From a virus, in IMG/VR virus record IMGVR_UViG_3300033183_000354, positions 32,001 through 96,000 of that record: a DNA stretch of 64,000 bases; one strand, written 5' to 3'. The first letter of the stretch is position 1. Every line of letters begins with the position of its first letter. The notes beneath the pieces were generated by a model that saw nothing but the letters and a program-made list of their open reading frames with translations, did no database searches and was not told the origin of the DNA. This document shows positions 1-10,114 of the stretch, one piece after another. The translations under genes and the position numbers were made by a program.

Positions 1-9
1 ATTTCCGAC

Positions 10-399
10 ATGCACACTAAGTTTGGTGTCCGTGATTGGGTCGCCGGAGAATTGGAAAAAGGTGATTGGTCTAGACTTCAAAAGTTTATCGAATTTCGCC
101 TCAATTTTCTACAAGAAGAACTAGACGAGACAAGAGCAGCTGCTATTGTCGATAAAAATCCTGAAGAGATCGTTGATGGATTGATTGATTTATGCGTCGT
201 AGCTATTGGTACAATGGATGCCTTTGGTGTCGACGCCCATAAAGCATGGGACGCAGTACATAATGCTAATATGGCAAAAGAACGCGGTGTAAAAGAATCT
301 CGACCAAATCCACTTGGTCTACCAGATCTCATCAAACCTGAAGGTTGGCAAGGTCCAAGCCATAAGGATAATCATGGAAATCTCAATCACGCTCTTTAA
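10..399 (+). CDS. MazG-like / PRA-PH all-alpha NTP pyrophosphohydrolase (may start upstream of window)
   Basis: EELDE...EEIVDGLIDL acidic motifs, AVHNANMAK, KPEGW. Confidence 0.8.
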   Translation: MHTKFGVRDWVAGELEKGDWSRLQKFIEFRLNFLQEELDETRAAAIVDKNPEEIVDGLIDLCVVAIGTMDAFGVDAHKAWDAVHNANMAKERGVKESRPNPLGLPDLIKPEGWQGPSHKDNHGNLNHAL

Positions 400-1300
400 G
401 AGTGTATATGATAATAAGACACATCGACGAGTTGATCTCCCTGATTTCGACTCGTTCGAACGTGTCTTATATGATTTATCAAAGAAACCTCGGCAATCGA
501 AGAAAGATGCCGATTTAATGTCACCAGCCACTTACGAAAAGGGTACTACTCGTGCTAATCGTAACGTGGTCGAGTGGGCAGGATGGTGTGCAGTAGATGT
601 TGATGACTTTATTGTTGAAGGAGATCTAAAAGATGCTATCATTGAACGAACTGGTAATTGGCGTTTCGTGTGTTATTCTACTGCTAGTTCCAGTATCGAT
701 CTACCTAAGTTCAGACTTGTATTTCCACTTAAAAGAAAGTTATCGAATGACGAAATATCAAGTTTCAACTTTGCGCTACTTCAGTCCCTCGGCGGTATCG
801 GCGATGAACAAACAAAAGATCTTGCTCGTATGTATTATATACCTGCTGAGTATGCTGGCGCTTACAACTTTATCTTCTCTCATGATGGTGATCCTATTAA
901 TCCAGACACTCTGATGTCAAAATACCCTTATATCCAAAAGACGGGTACTAATTTCTTTGATCGCCTTCCTGAAGCTATGCAAAAGCAAATCATTGAACAT
1001 CGTAAATCTAAACTAGAAAATATTGATGTTCATTGGTCATCTTATCGAGATTGTCCTTTCTTTCCTCGACATCTCGAAAATGAGTATAGGTCTATTAGTA
1101 ATACCGGTTGGTATCATAAGATGTATCAGATCATGGTCGCCCTCGCTGGTAATGCTATTAAGAATGAATATCCAATTACCGCTAATGAGATCGCAGTCCT
1201 TTGTCGAGAGCTTGATATGGATACTGGTAATTGGTATGAGAATCGTCCATTAACGAAAGAAGCTGATAGAGCTCTCGAATACGTATATAAAAATATGTAA
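374..1300 (+). CDS. Primase-polymerase (AEP/RepB-like) protein
   Basis: AVDVDD metal motif, YSTAS...PKFRLVFPL, KDLARMYYIP; ATG 374 with AGGA RBS. Confidence 0.6.
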   Translation: MEISITLFKSVYDNKTHRRVDLPDFDSFERVLYDLSKKPRQSKKDADLMSPATYEKGTTRANRNVVEWAGWCAVDVDDFIVEGDLKDAIIERTGNWRFVCYSTASSSIDLPKFRLVFPLKRKLSNDEISSFNFALLQSLGGIGDEQTKDLARMYYIPAEYAGAYNFIFSHDGDPINPDTLMSKYPYIQKTGTNFFDRLPEAMQKQIIEHRKSKLENIDVHWSSYRDCPFFPRHLENEYRSISNTGWYHKMYQIMVALAGNAIKNEYPITANEIAVLCRELDMDTGNWYENRPLTKEADRALEYVYKNM

Positions 1301-1407
1301 AAAAATCACATCTGATTGTTTTTATTTGATAAAAAAATGCGTTTTTTTATTTACAAATGAATTTTTATAGTGTATATTATACCTATAATTAAAGAGGAGA
1401 ATACATT
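1298..1407 (+). promoter_or_regulatory. Early promoter cassette (repeat copy)
   Basis: AAAATCACATCTGATTGTTTT...AAAATGCGTTTTTT-TTTACA-N17-TATATT...AAAGAGGAG. Confidence 0.75.
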
Positions 1408-1692
1408 ATGAATAAACAAATTCCGCCACTTGTTGCTCTTAACTCTCTTGCCAAATCATTTTGGAACGAATATGTTTCTAATATTGGCATTGATGAAGAA
1501 GCTGCTGAGTATGCAGCCATGGATCGTAATGATATTCTCGATGTAAAAGCTCTCCTTATTGCTGGTGATACTAAAGCAATGGCTGCTAAGATTGAAGAAG
1601 TCGATACTTATATTCGCGAAGCTATCATTATCGCAATGATCGATGACATGGGTAAAGATTTCGTCCTTGAAACTACTGGTTATTATGTGTGA
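1408..1692 (+). CDS. Hypothetical early protein
   Basis: ORF with GAGGAG RBS directly after early promoter. Confidence 0.75.
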   Translation: MNKQIPPLVALNSLAKSFWNEYVSNIGIDEEAAEYAAMDRNDILDVKALLIAGDTKAMAAKIEEVDTYIREAIIIAMIDDMGKDFVLETTGYYV

Positions 1693-1699
1693 GGTTGTT

Positions 1700-1903
1700 A
1701 TGAAGACTCTTAAGATTGGTGATACTGTTATTTCTCGTCATGGTCCAGGAAAGATCACAAAGATCGAACTCTGTGAAAAACCTGGGTATAAGTATGGCAT
1801 CGACATCAAAGAGATCTATGTCGATCTTGTTGATCGCTGTGTATTTGATCTTGACAATGGCCATTTTGCATATGGTGATCAGATCGATTTTGTAGGAGTC
1901 TAA
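1700..1903 (+). CDS. Hypothetical small SH3-like protein
   Basis: GAGG RBS, LKIGDTV...HGPGKI. Confidence 0.65.
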   Translation: MKTLKIGDTVISRHGPGKITKIELCEKPGYKYGIDIKEIYVDLVDRCVFDLDNGHFAYGDQIDFVGV

Positions 1904-1904
1904 G

Positions 1905-2597
1905 ATGGATTTCCTAATTAAAGTAGGCGAATCATTTAGTTTAGCTGATATCGATTTAGATTGGCTAGAAAAACATACTGCTCTTGAATATGTAAATTTT
2001 TTACCAGATCCATATCGATCTGATACGCGTGTTTATAATGATACCTATAATGGTCTAGCAGCAGAGCACTATATGGTCGAAGAATATGGTTATACTAATG
2101 ATGACCGTAAATACAAAGATCTCTTTGCGCCATGTGGTACTTCTGTTGAAATTAAGTCTGGCTCTAGTGAAGAAACCATCCAAAAACATATAGAAACACT
2201 TACAGAAAGAAAAAGTTGGGGACCAAAATACGATATATCTGATTACGTAATATGCTTTCTTCGTGACAATAAAACTTACACGTGTCATTCGCTTTGGCAA
2301 TGGGATGGCAATAATTACGTAAAAGTAAAAGAAGAGCCAGAAGAAGATCGTACCGAAGTCATTCGTAAGCTTGAACGTATGCCTCTCGAAAAAGCTCGCC
2401 AAGTTGCCCTTCAATTGATGGAAGATTGGAATCCTCAAAAGATAGGTGGTAAAGCATCTAAAAATAGAACGATATATGATATCGAAACAGCGTGTACATC
2501 AGCCGATATTTGTGGTATAATGTACAGATTACAACTCGCTTATGAAGGTTTAGGTACTATTGGATCTTCATGGCAAAACCATTATAGGAATATCTGA
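1905..2597 (+). CDS. Putative PD-(D/E)XK nuclease-domain protein with extra C-terminal domain
   Basis: AAEHY...KDL...SVEIKS pattern. Confidence 0.45.
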   Translation: MDFLIKVGESFSLADIDLDWLEKHTALEYVNFLPDPYRSDTRVYNDTYNGLAAEHYMVEEYGYTNDDRKYKDLFAPCGTSVEIKSGSSEETIQKHIETLTERKSWGPKYDISDYVICFLRDNKTYTCHSLWQWDGNNYVKVKEEPEEDRTEVIRKLERMPLEKARQVALQLMEDWNPQKIGGKASKNRTIYDIETACTSADICGIMYRLQLAYEGLGTIGSSWQNHYRNI

Positions 2598-2956
2598 TGA
2601 AAGAGTCAATCAAAGTTTTACAAGAGTGTGCTGAACTGCAGACTAAAAAAGGTAATGACTATCAAAACGAATATTCTCGTATTAAACAAGCAGACTATTA
2701 TCCTAACGGTGTATCTACTCTGCTTGACATTAATCATGCAAAGATGCTTCGTATGCAATCTGTCGTATCTGCTATGATGGCCGATCCTAACTATGAGCCA
2801 AACTTTGAATCAATCGAAGATTCGGCTAAAGACATGATTAACTATTGTTCGTTTATCGTTGCTTATTGTCGTGGTAAGATGGATGGTCAAAATCCAAATC
2901 ACGACTTCCTTAATCGCCCAAAGAAAGTGAAAGATAATGCAGAACACAGTGAATGA
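2597..2956 (+). CDS. Nucleotide-modification-associated all-alpha protein (Nmad1/DUF1599-like)
   Basis: KKGNDY...K..R...ESIEDSAKDMINY; next to TS-fold gene. Confidence 0.65.
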   Translation: MKESIKVLQECAELQTKKGNDYQNEYSRIKQADYYPNGVSTLLDINHAKMLRMQSVVSAMMADPNYEPNFESIEDSAKDMINYCSFIVAYCRGKMDGQNPNHDFLNRPKKVKDNAEHSE

Positions 2957-3614
2957 TATTCGTCAGCATTTTATCAATGAATTGAAGAACGAAAACTTCA
3001 CTACTGATAAAACTGGCCAAAAAACAATTGAGATTATCGGTGCTTCTTTCGAAGCTAATGAACCAGCTATCTTTGGTACTCCTAATAAAGAATATATCGA
3101 TAAAGAAATTGATTGGTATTGTACAGGTAGTACTAATATCAATGACATCTATGGTGAAGAACGTGAACCACCTGAAGCATGGAAATATGCTGCTAATAAG
3201 TATGGTGAAGTTAATTCTAACTATGGCACATTGATCTTTGACGATATATACTATAGACAGTACGAAAACGTCCTTGACGAATTGGCAGGTTCCAATGATA
3301 CTACACGACGTGCTACAATGGTTTACAACCGACCAAGCATCTGGGCAGAGTTTCAGGCTGATGGTAAAAACGATTTTATTTGTACTAATGCTGTCACTTA
3401 CTATATACGCAATAATGAACTCCAAGCTGTTGTCCAAATGCGATCTAACGATGTCGTGTTCGGATATAAGAATGATTATGCTTGGCAGCGTTATGTAATG
3501 GAACTTATTTGTCAAGATCTAAGTGGTGGTAATACTACTTTGAAACCAGGCAAATTGATTTGGCAAGTTCAAAACTTGCATGTTTATGAAAGGCATTTCC
3601 ACCTTGTCAAATAA
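2937..3614 (+). CDS. 42: dCMP hydroxymethylase (T4 gp42-like, thymidylate synthase fold)
   Basis: DFICTN catalytic Cys; MRSNDVVFGYKNDYAWQ closely matches T4 gp42 MRSNDVVFGFRNDYAWQ with the dCMP-specifying Asp; NLHVYERH. Confidence 0.85.
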   Translation: MQNTVNDIRQHFINELKNENFTTDKTGQKTIEIIGASFEANEPAIFGTPNKEYIDKEIDWYCTGSTNINDIYGEEREPPEAWKYAANKYGEVNSNYGTLIFDDIYYRQYENVLDELAGSNDTTRRATMVYNRPSIWAEFQADGKNDFICTNAVTYYIRNNELQAVVQMRSNDVVFGYKNDYAWQRYVMELICQDLSGGNTTLKPGKLIWQVQNLHVYERHFHLVK

Positions 3615-4041
3615 GTGGGATAAGAGATACCTTGCGCTAGCAGAACAAGTCTCGAAGTGGTCCAAAGATCCATCTCGCCAAATTGGTGCAGTTGCGGTAG
3701 GATCGAAGGGACAGGTTCTCGCGCAAGGCTACAATGGTTTCCCTCGCGGGATTGATGATAATGAAGACCTATATAATGACCGCGAGGTAAAGTATAAGTA
3801 TGTAGTTCATGCAGAGATGAATGTTATTTATAATGCCACGTATAATGGTGTATCACTTGATGGTTCTACTCTGTATGTTTATGGTTTACCAGTCTGTAGC
3901 GATTGTGCCAAGGGCGTTATACAGGTTGGCATCAAAGGGGTTGTCATGCCAGAACAGTTAATCCCTGAACATTGGCAACCATCTTGGCAATTAACGAAAA
4001 AAATGTTTGAAGAAGCAGGAGTTTTATATGACTTTATTTAA
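3604..4041 (+). CDS. cd: dCMP deaminase
   Basis: SKDPS..IGA, GYNGFPRG, HAEMN, PVCSDC. Confidence 0.92.
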   Translation: MSNKWDKRYLALAEQVSKWSKDPSRQIGAVAVGSKGQVLAQGYNGFPRGIDDNEDLYNDREVKYKYVVHAEMNVIYNATYNGVSLDGSTLYVYGLPVCSDCAKGVIQVGIKGVVMPEQLIPEHWQPSWQLTKKMFEEAGVLYDFI

Positions 4042-4312
4042 CGGAAATAATGATACGGGTCCAGTATTTGAAAAAGGTTATCCAAAGCATGAAGGTTATG
4101 AAGAATATATGAAACGAAGAATGCGGGAAGAGGATATGAAGATGGAAAAAAATATTCCAGAAAAAGTCGATCGAGTCGTTGAGCGAATCATGTGGAAACT
4201 TGATCTCCTTGAAAAACGTATGAAGTCTGTAGAGACAGACGTCGCTTATATGCAAACATATCAACCAACAAGTCCAGAAGAAAAGAAGATCAAGGATTAT
4301 CTTAACAAATGA
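4028..4312 (+). CDS. Hypothetical coiled-coil protein
   Basis: Coupled ORF inside operon. Confidence 0.6.
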   Translation: MTLFNGNNDTGPVFEKGYPKHEGYEEYMKRRMREEDMKMEKNIPEKVDRVVERIMWKLDLLEKRMKSVETDVAYMQTYQPTSPEEKKIKDYLNK

Positions 4313-4734
4313 AATCTGTACTTGACTTCTTAGAAGGACATCAAATATCCGAGGACATCATCGTCCTCGGACAATGTCCATCGACCAAAACGACACCTTC
4401 TGTCAACGGCACATTTGCTCGCCTAAAACGATGGCTCTTGACAGTAGGTGTTCGTGATTGGGACTTTCATAATGTAATACCTCATAAGATCAATTCTTAT
4501 GATATCAAAGACGTTGACGTAGAGGCTTTACGTAAAGCTGTTGAAGGTAAGTCAATCGTTATCTCACTCGGAGGGTTTGTCGAAAGAGTATGTAAGAAAT
4601 ACTCTATAGATAATTACAAGATCGATCATCCATCTCCGAGAAATCGTAATCTCAATAGTATAGAATACGAAGCAGCAATGCTTCACAGTTTGAAGGAATA
4701 TCTTGATGAACATAGAGCTAACGGAATACTATGA
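4309..4734 (+). CDS. Uracil-DNA glycosylase superfamily protein
   Basis: IIVLGQCPS (motif A) and HPSPRN (motif B). Confidence 0.7.
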   Translation: MKSVLDFLEGHQISEDIIVLGQCPSTKTTPSVNGTFARLKRWLLTVGVRDWDFHNVIPHKINSYDIKDVDVEALRKAVEGKSIVISLGGFVERVCKKYSIDNYKIDHPSPRNRNLNSIEYEAAMLHSLKEYLDEHRANGIL

Positions 4735-5875
4735 TGACTTTCTTCGCTATTTTCATAAAGCGAAAGAACAACAGGTAAAATGTAACGTCGCAGACGTAGA
4801 ACCATATGGACTAATACCCCATATGGAGTCCGATATGGACGATGACCTTATGCATTATATTGAACTATATGACGTCGTCGAACGTAAATATGCCGGGTTT
4901 TCTCAAATCGTTAATGATTGTTGGTCAGGTTGGACAGAAGGCCATCCATATTGGAAGAAGATGGAGGCCGGTAAAGCAACATCTCAACGTGAGGTCGTTG
5001 CTAAAAACTGGACAGGCAAGCATAAAGAATTTGATCTACCTGAATGGTTGTACCTTTTTATCCTCCATCGTGTGACAGGTTCTGCGATTAATTATGGTAC
5101 TAAACCTTCGGGTTATCATAACACATTACTATTCACCCTTCATAAAGCGCGTACCATCGAAGAGATGATATGGCATATGAAGAGACATAAAGCCCCTTTC
5201 TATACTTCAATTGGCTATCAATTCCCTAAGTTTCCAAAACCTCAAGGAGACTACAAGAAGGGTGGAGACTACTACCTTGGTGAGTATGCGCCACGCCTAG
5301 CACGTGAGATGGCAGAATGGTTGCAAAAGACAAATAATAGAAAGGACCTTCGAGAGATCGGAGAGTTTATGGGTCAGTGGAATGAACGAAATGGTCTTAA
5401 CAGGTATACTTTTCAGTATGCAGCTGTTGTTGCTGATGTTGCTGATTGGTACCCTCAATACGTCAACAAGGAATCACCCTTTTATTACGGAACTAACGCT
5501 GTTGAGTGTATTAGCTACCTTGCTCGTCCTACAGAGCGTATGAAGAAAGAACAGTTTTTAGATCAGGTGATGGCCAAGATCTATGAAGATACGAAGTCAT
5601 ATCCGTATAATGCCGAAGACGTATGTTGTGACTATATCCGTTGGGTTGAAAACTATGTTCGACCAGGTGCACATTACTCTCACGTCGACCTTGATAAAAT
5701 TTGGTCATCAAGTAATATCAAGAACCATCCATTTGGTAGACAAAAGGCAATGTTAGAGATGGGCCTTGTCGAATCTTTTAACGGTCTAAAGCATCATCCT
5801 TCTGATGATATGATCATTAAAGCTGCTGGTATTGATGTTGAGGAATATAAAAGAAGATGTATAACGCTACACTAG
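4706..5875 (+). CDS. Putative amino-acid:DNA transferase (aGPT-PPase-like) 1
   Basis: C-terminal AEDVCCDYIRW resembles ExxxC motif; context next to hydroxymethylase and PLP enzyme. Confidence 0.55.
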   Translation: MNIELTEYYDDFLRYFHKAKEQQVKCNVADVEPYGLIPHMESDMDDDLMHYIELYDVVERKYAGFSQIVNDCWSGWTEGHPYWKKMEAGKATSQREVVAKNWTGKHKEFDLPEWLYLFILHRVTGSAINYGTKPSGYHNTLLFTLHKARTIEEMIWHMKRHKAPFYTSIGYQFPKFPKPQGDYKKGGDYYLGEYAPRLAREMAEWLQKTNNRKDLREIGEFMGQWNERNGLNRYTFQYAAVVADVADWYPQYVNKESPFYYGTNAVECISYLARPTERMKKEQFLDQVMAKIYEDTKSYPYNAEDVCCDYIRWVENYVRPGAHYSHVDLDKIWSSSNIKNHPFGRQKAMLEMGLVESFNGLKHHPSDDMIIKAAGIDVEEYKRRCITLH

Positions 5876-6846
5876 ATGACTTTATTGATCCAAACCCGCA
5901 TTCAATAGTATACGAAAATACAGTTACTCCTATCCTCAATAAGGGCAAAGTCACTAATCACTTACTTGAACCATGGTCTCTCGAAGAACGTATTCAAAAG
6001 TTCTTTGAGTTTTGTCGTGCCTATGACGTAAGAGAAGAACCGCTCCTTAAATCTAACCCTCAACAGTTTTCTCATCGTCTACATTGGGATGAAATGCCAT
6101 ATGTTGATGAGATGAAAGAAGAGAAAGACATCAAGCGACTTTTACATCATACTATCGTATGGTCATTTAGTAATGAACATTGGCTAACATTCAGGACACT
6201 TCGCGATCATGGCGTTGAAGCCATGAAAAAGAGGTTTGAAACAGAAAGACATGCTCGATCTGACCTCTTTCAAGTATATTATCCAAAGGGGACAGTAGTA
6301 AAAGACTGGTTGTGTAATGTACCTCAACAAATAGCCGAAGACTGCTACACAATGTTACAGTCAAATCGACCGCTTAAGATGATGGAGCTGGCATCAAAGC
6401 TTGAAGCTCATACGAAAAAGAAGTATGGCTTTCGTAACGTGATGTATCCATATAAGAACCTTTCTCGCCATATCGCGATGGCCCGACCTGACCTTGTTGA
6501 TCCAGAATCATGGGTCACCCCAGGTACACTCTCATTTTATGGTCTATGGCAAATATTTGGAGATAAGAATTTATTTGGTAAAACTAAATTCGAATTAGAT
6601 GAAAATACTGGTGACTATACTCCAGTTAATGCTCAAGCTATTGAGCTTGTACGCCAGTTTAGTGTTTTGGCCAAACATCCGGATAATCCAATGAAGAGGC
6701 AGTATAATATTAATATCGAAGATAAAGCTTGTATGTGGTGTAAACACCTCTTCATTAGTCATGGCGTCAAGTCGACCACGAAGAAGATCCCATACGAGTG
6801 GATTTATCCTCGAACATTTTCTCTAAAAAAGAGTTTACAATCCTAG
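5857..6846 (+). CDS. Putative amino-acid:DNA transferase (aGPT-PPase-like) 2
   Basis: IEDKACMWCKH = ExxxCxxxK; context. Confidence 0.5.
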   Translation: MYNATLDDFIDPNPHSIVYENTVTPILNKGKVTNHLLEPWSLEERIQKFFEFCRAYDVREEPLLKSNPQQFSHRLHWDEMPYVDEMKEEKDIKRLLHHTIVWSFSNEHWLTFRTLRDHGVEAMKKRFETERHARSDLFQVYYPKGTVVKDWLCNVPQQIAEDCYTMLQSNRPLKMMELASKLEAHTKKKYGFRNVMYPYKNLSRHIAMARPDLVDPESWVTPGTLSFYGLWQIFGDKNLFGKTKFELDENTGDYTPVNAQAIELVRQFSVLAKHPDNPMKRQYNINIEDKACMWCKHLFISHGVKSTTKKIPYEWIYPRTFSLKKSLQS

Positions 6847-6868
6847 GATAGTTTGGTATAATATACAC

Positions 6869-7810
6869 ATGTCACATGATAAGCATATTATTGATCATAT
6901 TAATAAGGACGTTGAGGTATTACGTTTACAAGGCGTAACGAATCGACATGAAGCAAAGCAATATTATTTAAGTTTAGCAGAAGGCTGGGAAGATCCAAAT
7001 CCTGATCCAGTCGTTAAGGAGTATGAAGGTGTTAGAGTCGTTCGAGATGATCTTATCACTGGTAGCAAAGTACGGGGTGGAGATCTTCTTATATCTCGTA
7101 TTAACCAACTTAATCTTGTTTATGTTCAGCCTCGTACAGGTCTTGCGGGCGTATCGCTCTTGGACGTGGCGAAGCGCCACGGAAAACGCGTTCGTCTTTT
7201 TATGCCAAGTTCAAAGAGAATCTCTCATCACCAGGCTTGCTGTATTGAGCGTGGTGCTGATTATGAGTTCCATCGCGTGGCTGCTATGCCAAATCTTAAT
7301 TCCATAGCAAAGAAATGGGCAGAACAAAACGAAGATTCATACTTCATCCCACTTGGATTAAAACATGAACTCGTAACAGCAGGCATCGTAAAGGCTGCAT
7401 CGAAGATACCAGAGCCACAAGAAGTGTGGACAGTCGTATCAACAGGTGTACTACATCGAGCACTTCAGATCGCATGGCCAAATGCTGAGTTCCATGCCGT
7501 CGCAGTCGCTCGTAATATGAAAGAAGGAGAAGTTGGTCATGGTAATATCATCTCTGCCCCAGAACCATTTACCACTTCTATTAAAAAAGGATTGCCTCCT
7601 TTCCCAACCATCGATACGTACGATGGAAAGGCGTGGAGATATATCCCTAAAAATACAGGCAGAGACATCTTATTTTGGAATGTAGGCACTGAACCAGTGC
7701 TCAATGACGAGTCTATATATGATAGGATAGACTCTTATAGAAGGTGGAAAAAAGATGAAGGTACTACTCACGAGCTTGGGACCAATCTCGAACAAAATAC
7801 ATTCGCATAA
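6869..7810 (+). CDS. PLP-dependent enzyme, fold type II (TrpB/cysteine synthase-like)
   Basis: VVRDDLITGSKVRG (PLP Lys), VVSTGVL, YDGKAW, FWNVG. Confidence 0.8.
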   Translation: MSHDKHIIDHINKDVEVLRLQGVTNRHEAKQYYLSLAEGWEDPNPDPVVKEYEGVRVVRDDLITGSKVRGGDLLISRINQLNLVYVQPRTGLAGVSLLDVAKRHGKRVRLFMPSSKRISHHQACCIERGADYEFHRVAAMPNLNSIAKKWAEQNEDSYFIPLGLKHELVTAGIVKAASKIPEPQEVWTVVSTGVLHRALQIAWPNAEFHAVAVARNMKEGEVGHGNIISAPEPFTTSIKKGLPPFPTIDTYDGKAWRYIPKNTGRDILFWNVGTEPVLNDESIYDRIDSYRRWKKDEGTTHELGTNLEQNTFA

Positions 7811-8774
7811 AGCAGCACAAGCAATCATTTATGCTGATCAGCTAAAAGAAGCAGGTCATGATGTGACGATTAACCTTGTTAGCAATAAGGTTTATGACTA
7901 TTCACCTTATGATGAAGTATACGTATATCATGGTTCTGATTGGAGTGGTAACCTTAATCTCTTCGGCGGTATCCAAGCATATCCAAATACAGAGTTTGTA
8001 AAAGCTTTGTCAGAGTATAAAGGTACCGTTAAATCCATCTTAATCGATTTTCCTGACTATGCAAGTATGTTTCAAGATCGCTTGAACAAAGCAAATTTAA
8101 CATGGGATGTCAATTTTGCAGCCTTGTCAGAGATGACTAAGGCAGAAGTCATCGATCCAAATATGATAAAACGATATCGTAATATTGCGTTTGGCGATAG
8201 TCATGCGATTAGCATGTACCGTCCCGGTTGGGAAAACGTATCAGTACCATTCTCTACTCTACATGGATCTATCAATCGAGGGTTTGAGACGTTTATCCCA
8301 GAAGGTGGTCAGTATGATAATATCGAGACTTATTTTGGTAACATTGATATTCGACATCACCTCTGTCGCTTTGATGATCCTATCGCTGAAGCAAAAAAAT
8401 TAGCAAAACGTTATATGGGTGAAGTTTCTCGTATAAGTAATAAGTATGAAGCGCACGTAAAGGTGTGGGAACCACTGCCAATCGAAAACGAATCTCGTAA
8501 AGTGCCAAAGACTGGTTGGTATAAAGGTACACCCTTCTATGGCACTTGGCAACAAAGGACCGACGTGCGTCAAGCTTTTATCGACTCACTTGAATGTGAT
8601 GTATATAGATGGACAGATAACTTGAAAAATCCGATCGGTGAGTTAGACTTTGAATATATGGAAAAACCTCAATCAATTCACTTATCAAGAGCTTCTTATC
8701 CTCATTGGCAAGGCCGACAGTGGACAGAAGAAGTAGTGTCTGAGGCAAATAGTCTAGATGAATTTTTTATGTAG
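7755..8774 (+). CDS. Two-domain protein: GT-B/Rossmann-like N-terminus plus SGNH-like domain
   Basis: MKVLLTS...LKEAGHDVTI; AFGDSHA; FGNIDIRHH; SIHLS. Confidence 0.45.
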   Translation: MKVLLTSLGPISNKIHSHKAAQAIIYADQLKEAGHDVTINLVSNKVYDYSPYDEVYVYHGSDWSGNLNLFGGIQAYPNTEFVKALSEYKGTVKSILIDFPDYASMFQDRLNKANLTWDVNFAALSEMTKAEVIDPNMIKRYRNIAFGDSHAISMYRPGWENVSVPFSTLHGSINRGFETFIPEGGQYDNIETYFGNIDIRHHLCRFDDPIAEAKKLAKRYMGEVSRISNKYEAHVKVWEPLPIENESRKVPKTGWYKGTPFYGTWQQRTDVRQAFIDSLECDVYRWTDNLKNPIGELDFEYMEKPQSIHLSRASYPHWQGRQWTEEVVSEANSLDEFFM

Positions 8775-8787
8775 GAGATAATAATAT

Positions 8788-9831
8788 ATGTCTATTATGG
8801 ATAAATTGAAGAAGAATAGTAAGGTTAAAGAGTCTTCTGTTCTTTCTGATTCCAAATTCTTTACCGAAAAGGATATGGTAAAGACCGAAGTGCCAATGAT
8901 TAACGTGGCATTGTCGGGTTCCGTGGATGGCGGACTTGCGCCAGGACTAACAGTACTAGCTGGCCCATCCAAACATTTTAAGACCTCATTCGCTTTGATC
9001 ATGGCATCTGCATATCTCAAAGAGCACGATGATGCTGTGTTACTTTTTTATGATTCAGAATTTGGTTCACCACAATCATATTTTGAAAACTTTGATATCG
9101 ATACGAGTCGAGTCCTTCATACGCCTATTACAAACGTAGAAGAACTTAAGTTTGATATCATCGCTCAACTCGAAGAGTTGGATCGTAATGATAAGGTAGT
9201 AATTGTAATCGATTCTGTTGGCAACTTAGCATCAAAGAAAGAACTCGAAGATGCTATTAATGAAAAGTCAGTTGCTGATATGTCTCGAGCAAAAGCGCTA
9301 AAGGGTTTGTTCCGTATGTGTACACCATACTTGAACATGAAGAATATCCCGTTGATTGCCGTGAACCATACTTATATGGAGATTGGTCTATTTCCAAAAG
9401 CAGTTGTGTCAGGTGGTACTGGCATCTATTATTCAGCAGATAATATTTGGATTCTCGGTCGTCAACAGGATAAACAAGGCACTGAGATCAAAGGTTATCA
9501 TTTCGTGATTAATGTGGAGAAATCGCGTTATGTCAAAGAAAAGTCTAAGATTCCCATCAGTGTTAGTTGGGAAGGTGGAGTACAAAAGTGGTCTGGTCTG
9601 CTTGACGTTGCTCTCGAGGGTCAATATGTCACTAAGCCGTCTAATGGCTGGTATTGCAGGGTTAGCCGGGAAACTGGTGAACTACTTGAACCAAAAGTAC
9701 GAGAAAAACAAACTTTAGAAGCAGAATTTTGGGAACCAATCTTTGCTGAAACGGATTTCAAAGATTATTTGAAGAATCGTTTTTCAATCTTAAACCAAAA
9801 AGGTATTGAAGATGTCGCAGAAGTTAGTTGA
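8788..9831 (+). CDS. uvsX: UvsX RecA-like recombinase
   Basis: GPSKHFKT Walker A, FYDSEFG, SVADMSRAK, VVSGGTG. Confidence 0.97.
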   Translation: MSIMDKLKKNSKVKESSVLSDSKFFTEKDMVKTEVPMINVALSGSVDGGLAPGLTVLAGPSKHFKTSFALIMASAYLKEHDDAVLLFYDSEFGSPQSYFENFDIDTSRVLHTPITNVEELKFDIIAQLEELDRNDKVVIVIDSVGNLASKKELEDAINEKSVADMSRAKALKGLFRMCTPYLNMKNIPLIAVNHTYMEIGLFPKAVVSGGTGIYYSADNIWILGRQQDKQGTEIKGYHFVINVEKSRYVKEKSKIPISVSWEGGVQKWSGLLDVALEGQYVTKPSNGWYCRVSRETGELLEPKVREKQTLEAEFWEPIFAETDFKDYLKNRFSILNQKGIEDVAEVS

Positions 9832-10114
9832 ACTGAAAGACTATGAACTCATCCCAGCAGAGGATGATGATCAAGCTTGGGCGGTTCGAGTCGTGACAGG
9901 TGACTATGTTGAAACTGTACTTCGTTTTGGAGCTATTGCTATCAAAGAAGATGGTATAATGACTTTTAACTTTACGGTCGTGTCATCTCCTAACCCAGAC
10001 CTTACAAGCGAAGACGTGGATCTACAAGAATACGCCGGAGATTTGTTGCAAGCCATCATCGTAGATGGCATTGAATCTGGTTCAATAATTACAAAGGAGA
10101 GAGATGATGAGTAG
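9812..10114 (+). CDS. Hypothetical, positional equivalent of T4 gp40
   Basis: Small acidic ORF between uvsX and 41. Confidence 0.5.
   Translation: MSQKLVELKDYELIPAEDDDQAWAVRVVTGDYVETVLRFGAIAIKEDGIMTFNFTVVSSPNPDLTSEDVDLQEYAGDLLQAIIVDGIESGSIITKERDDE

Noticed and set aside
2937-3614. Ordinary ThyA thymidylate synthase
   Set aside because: Has the gp42-type Asp motif, and ThyX is present separately
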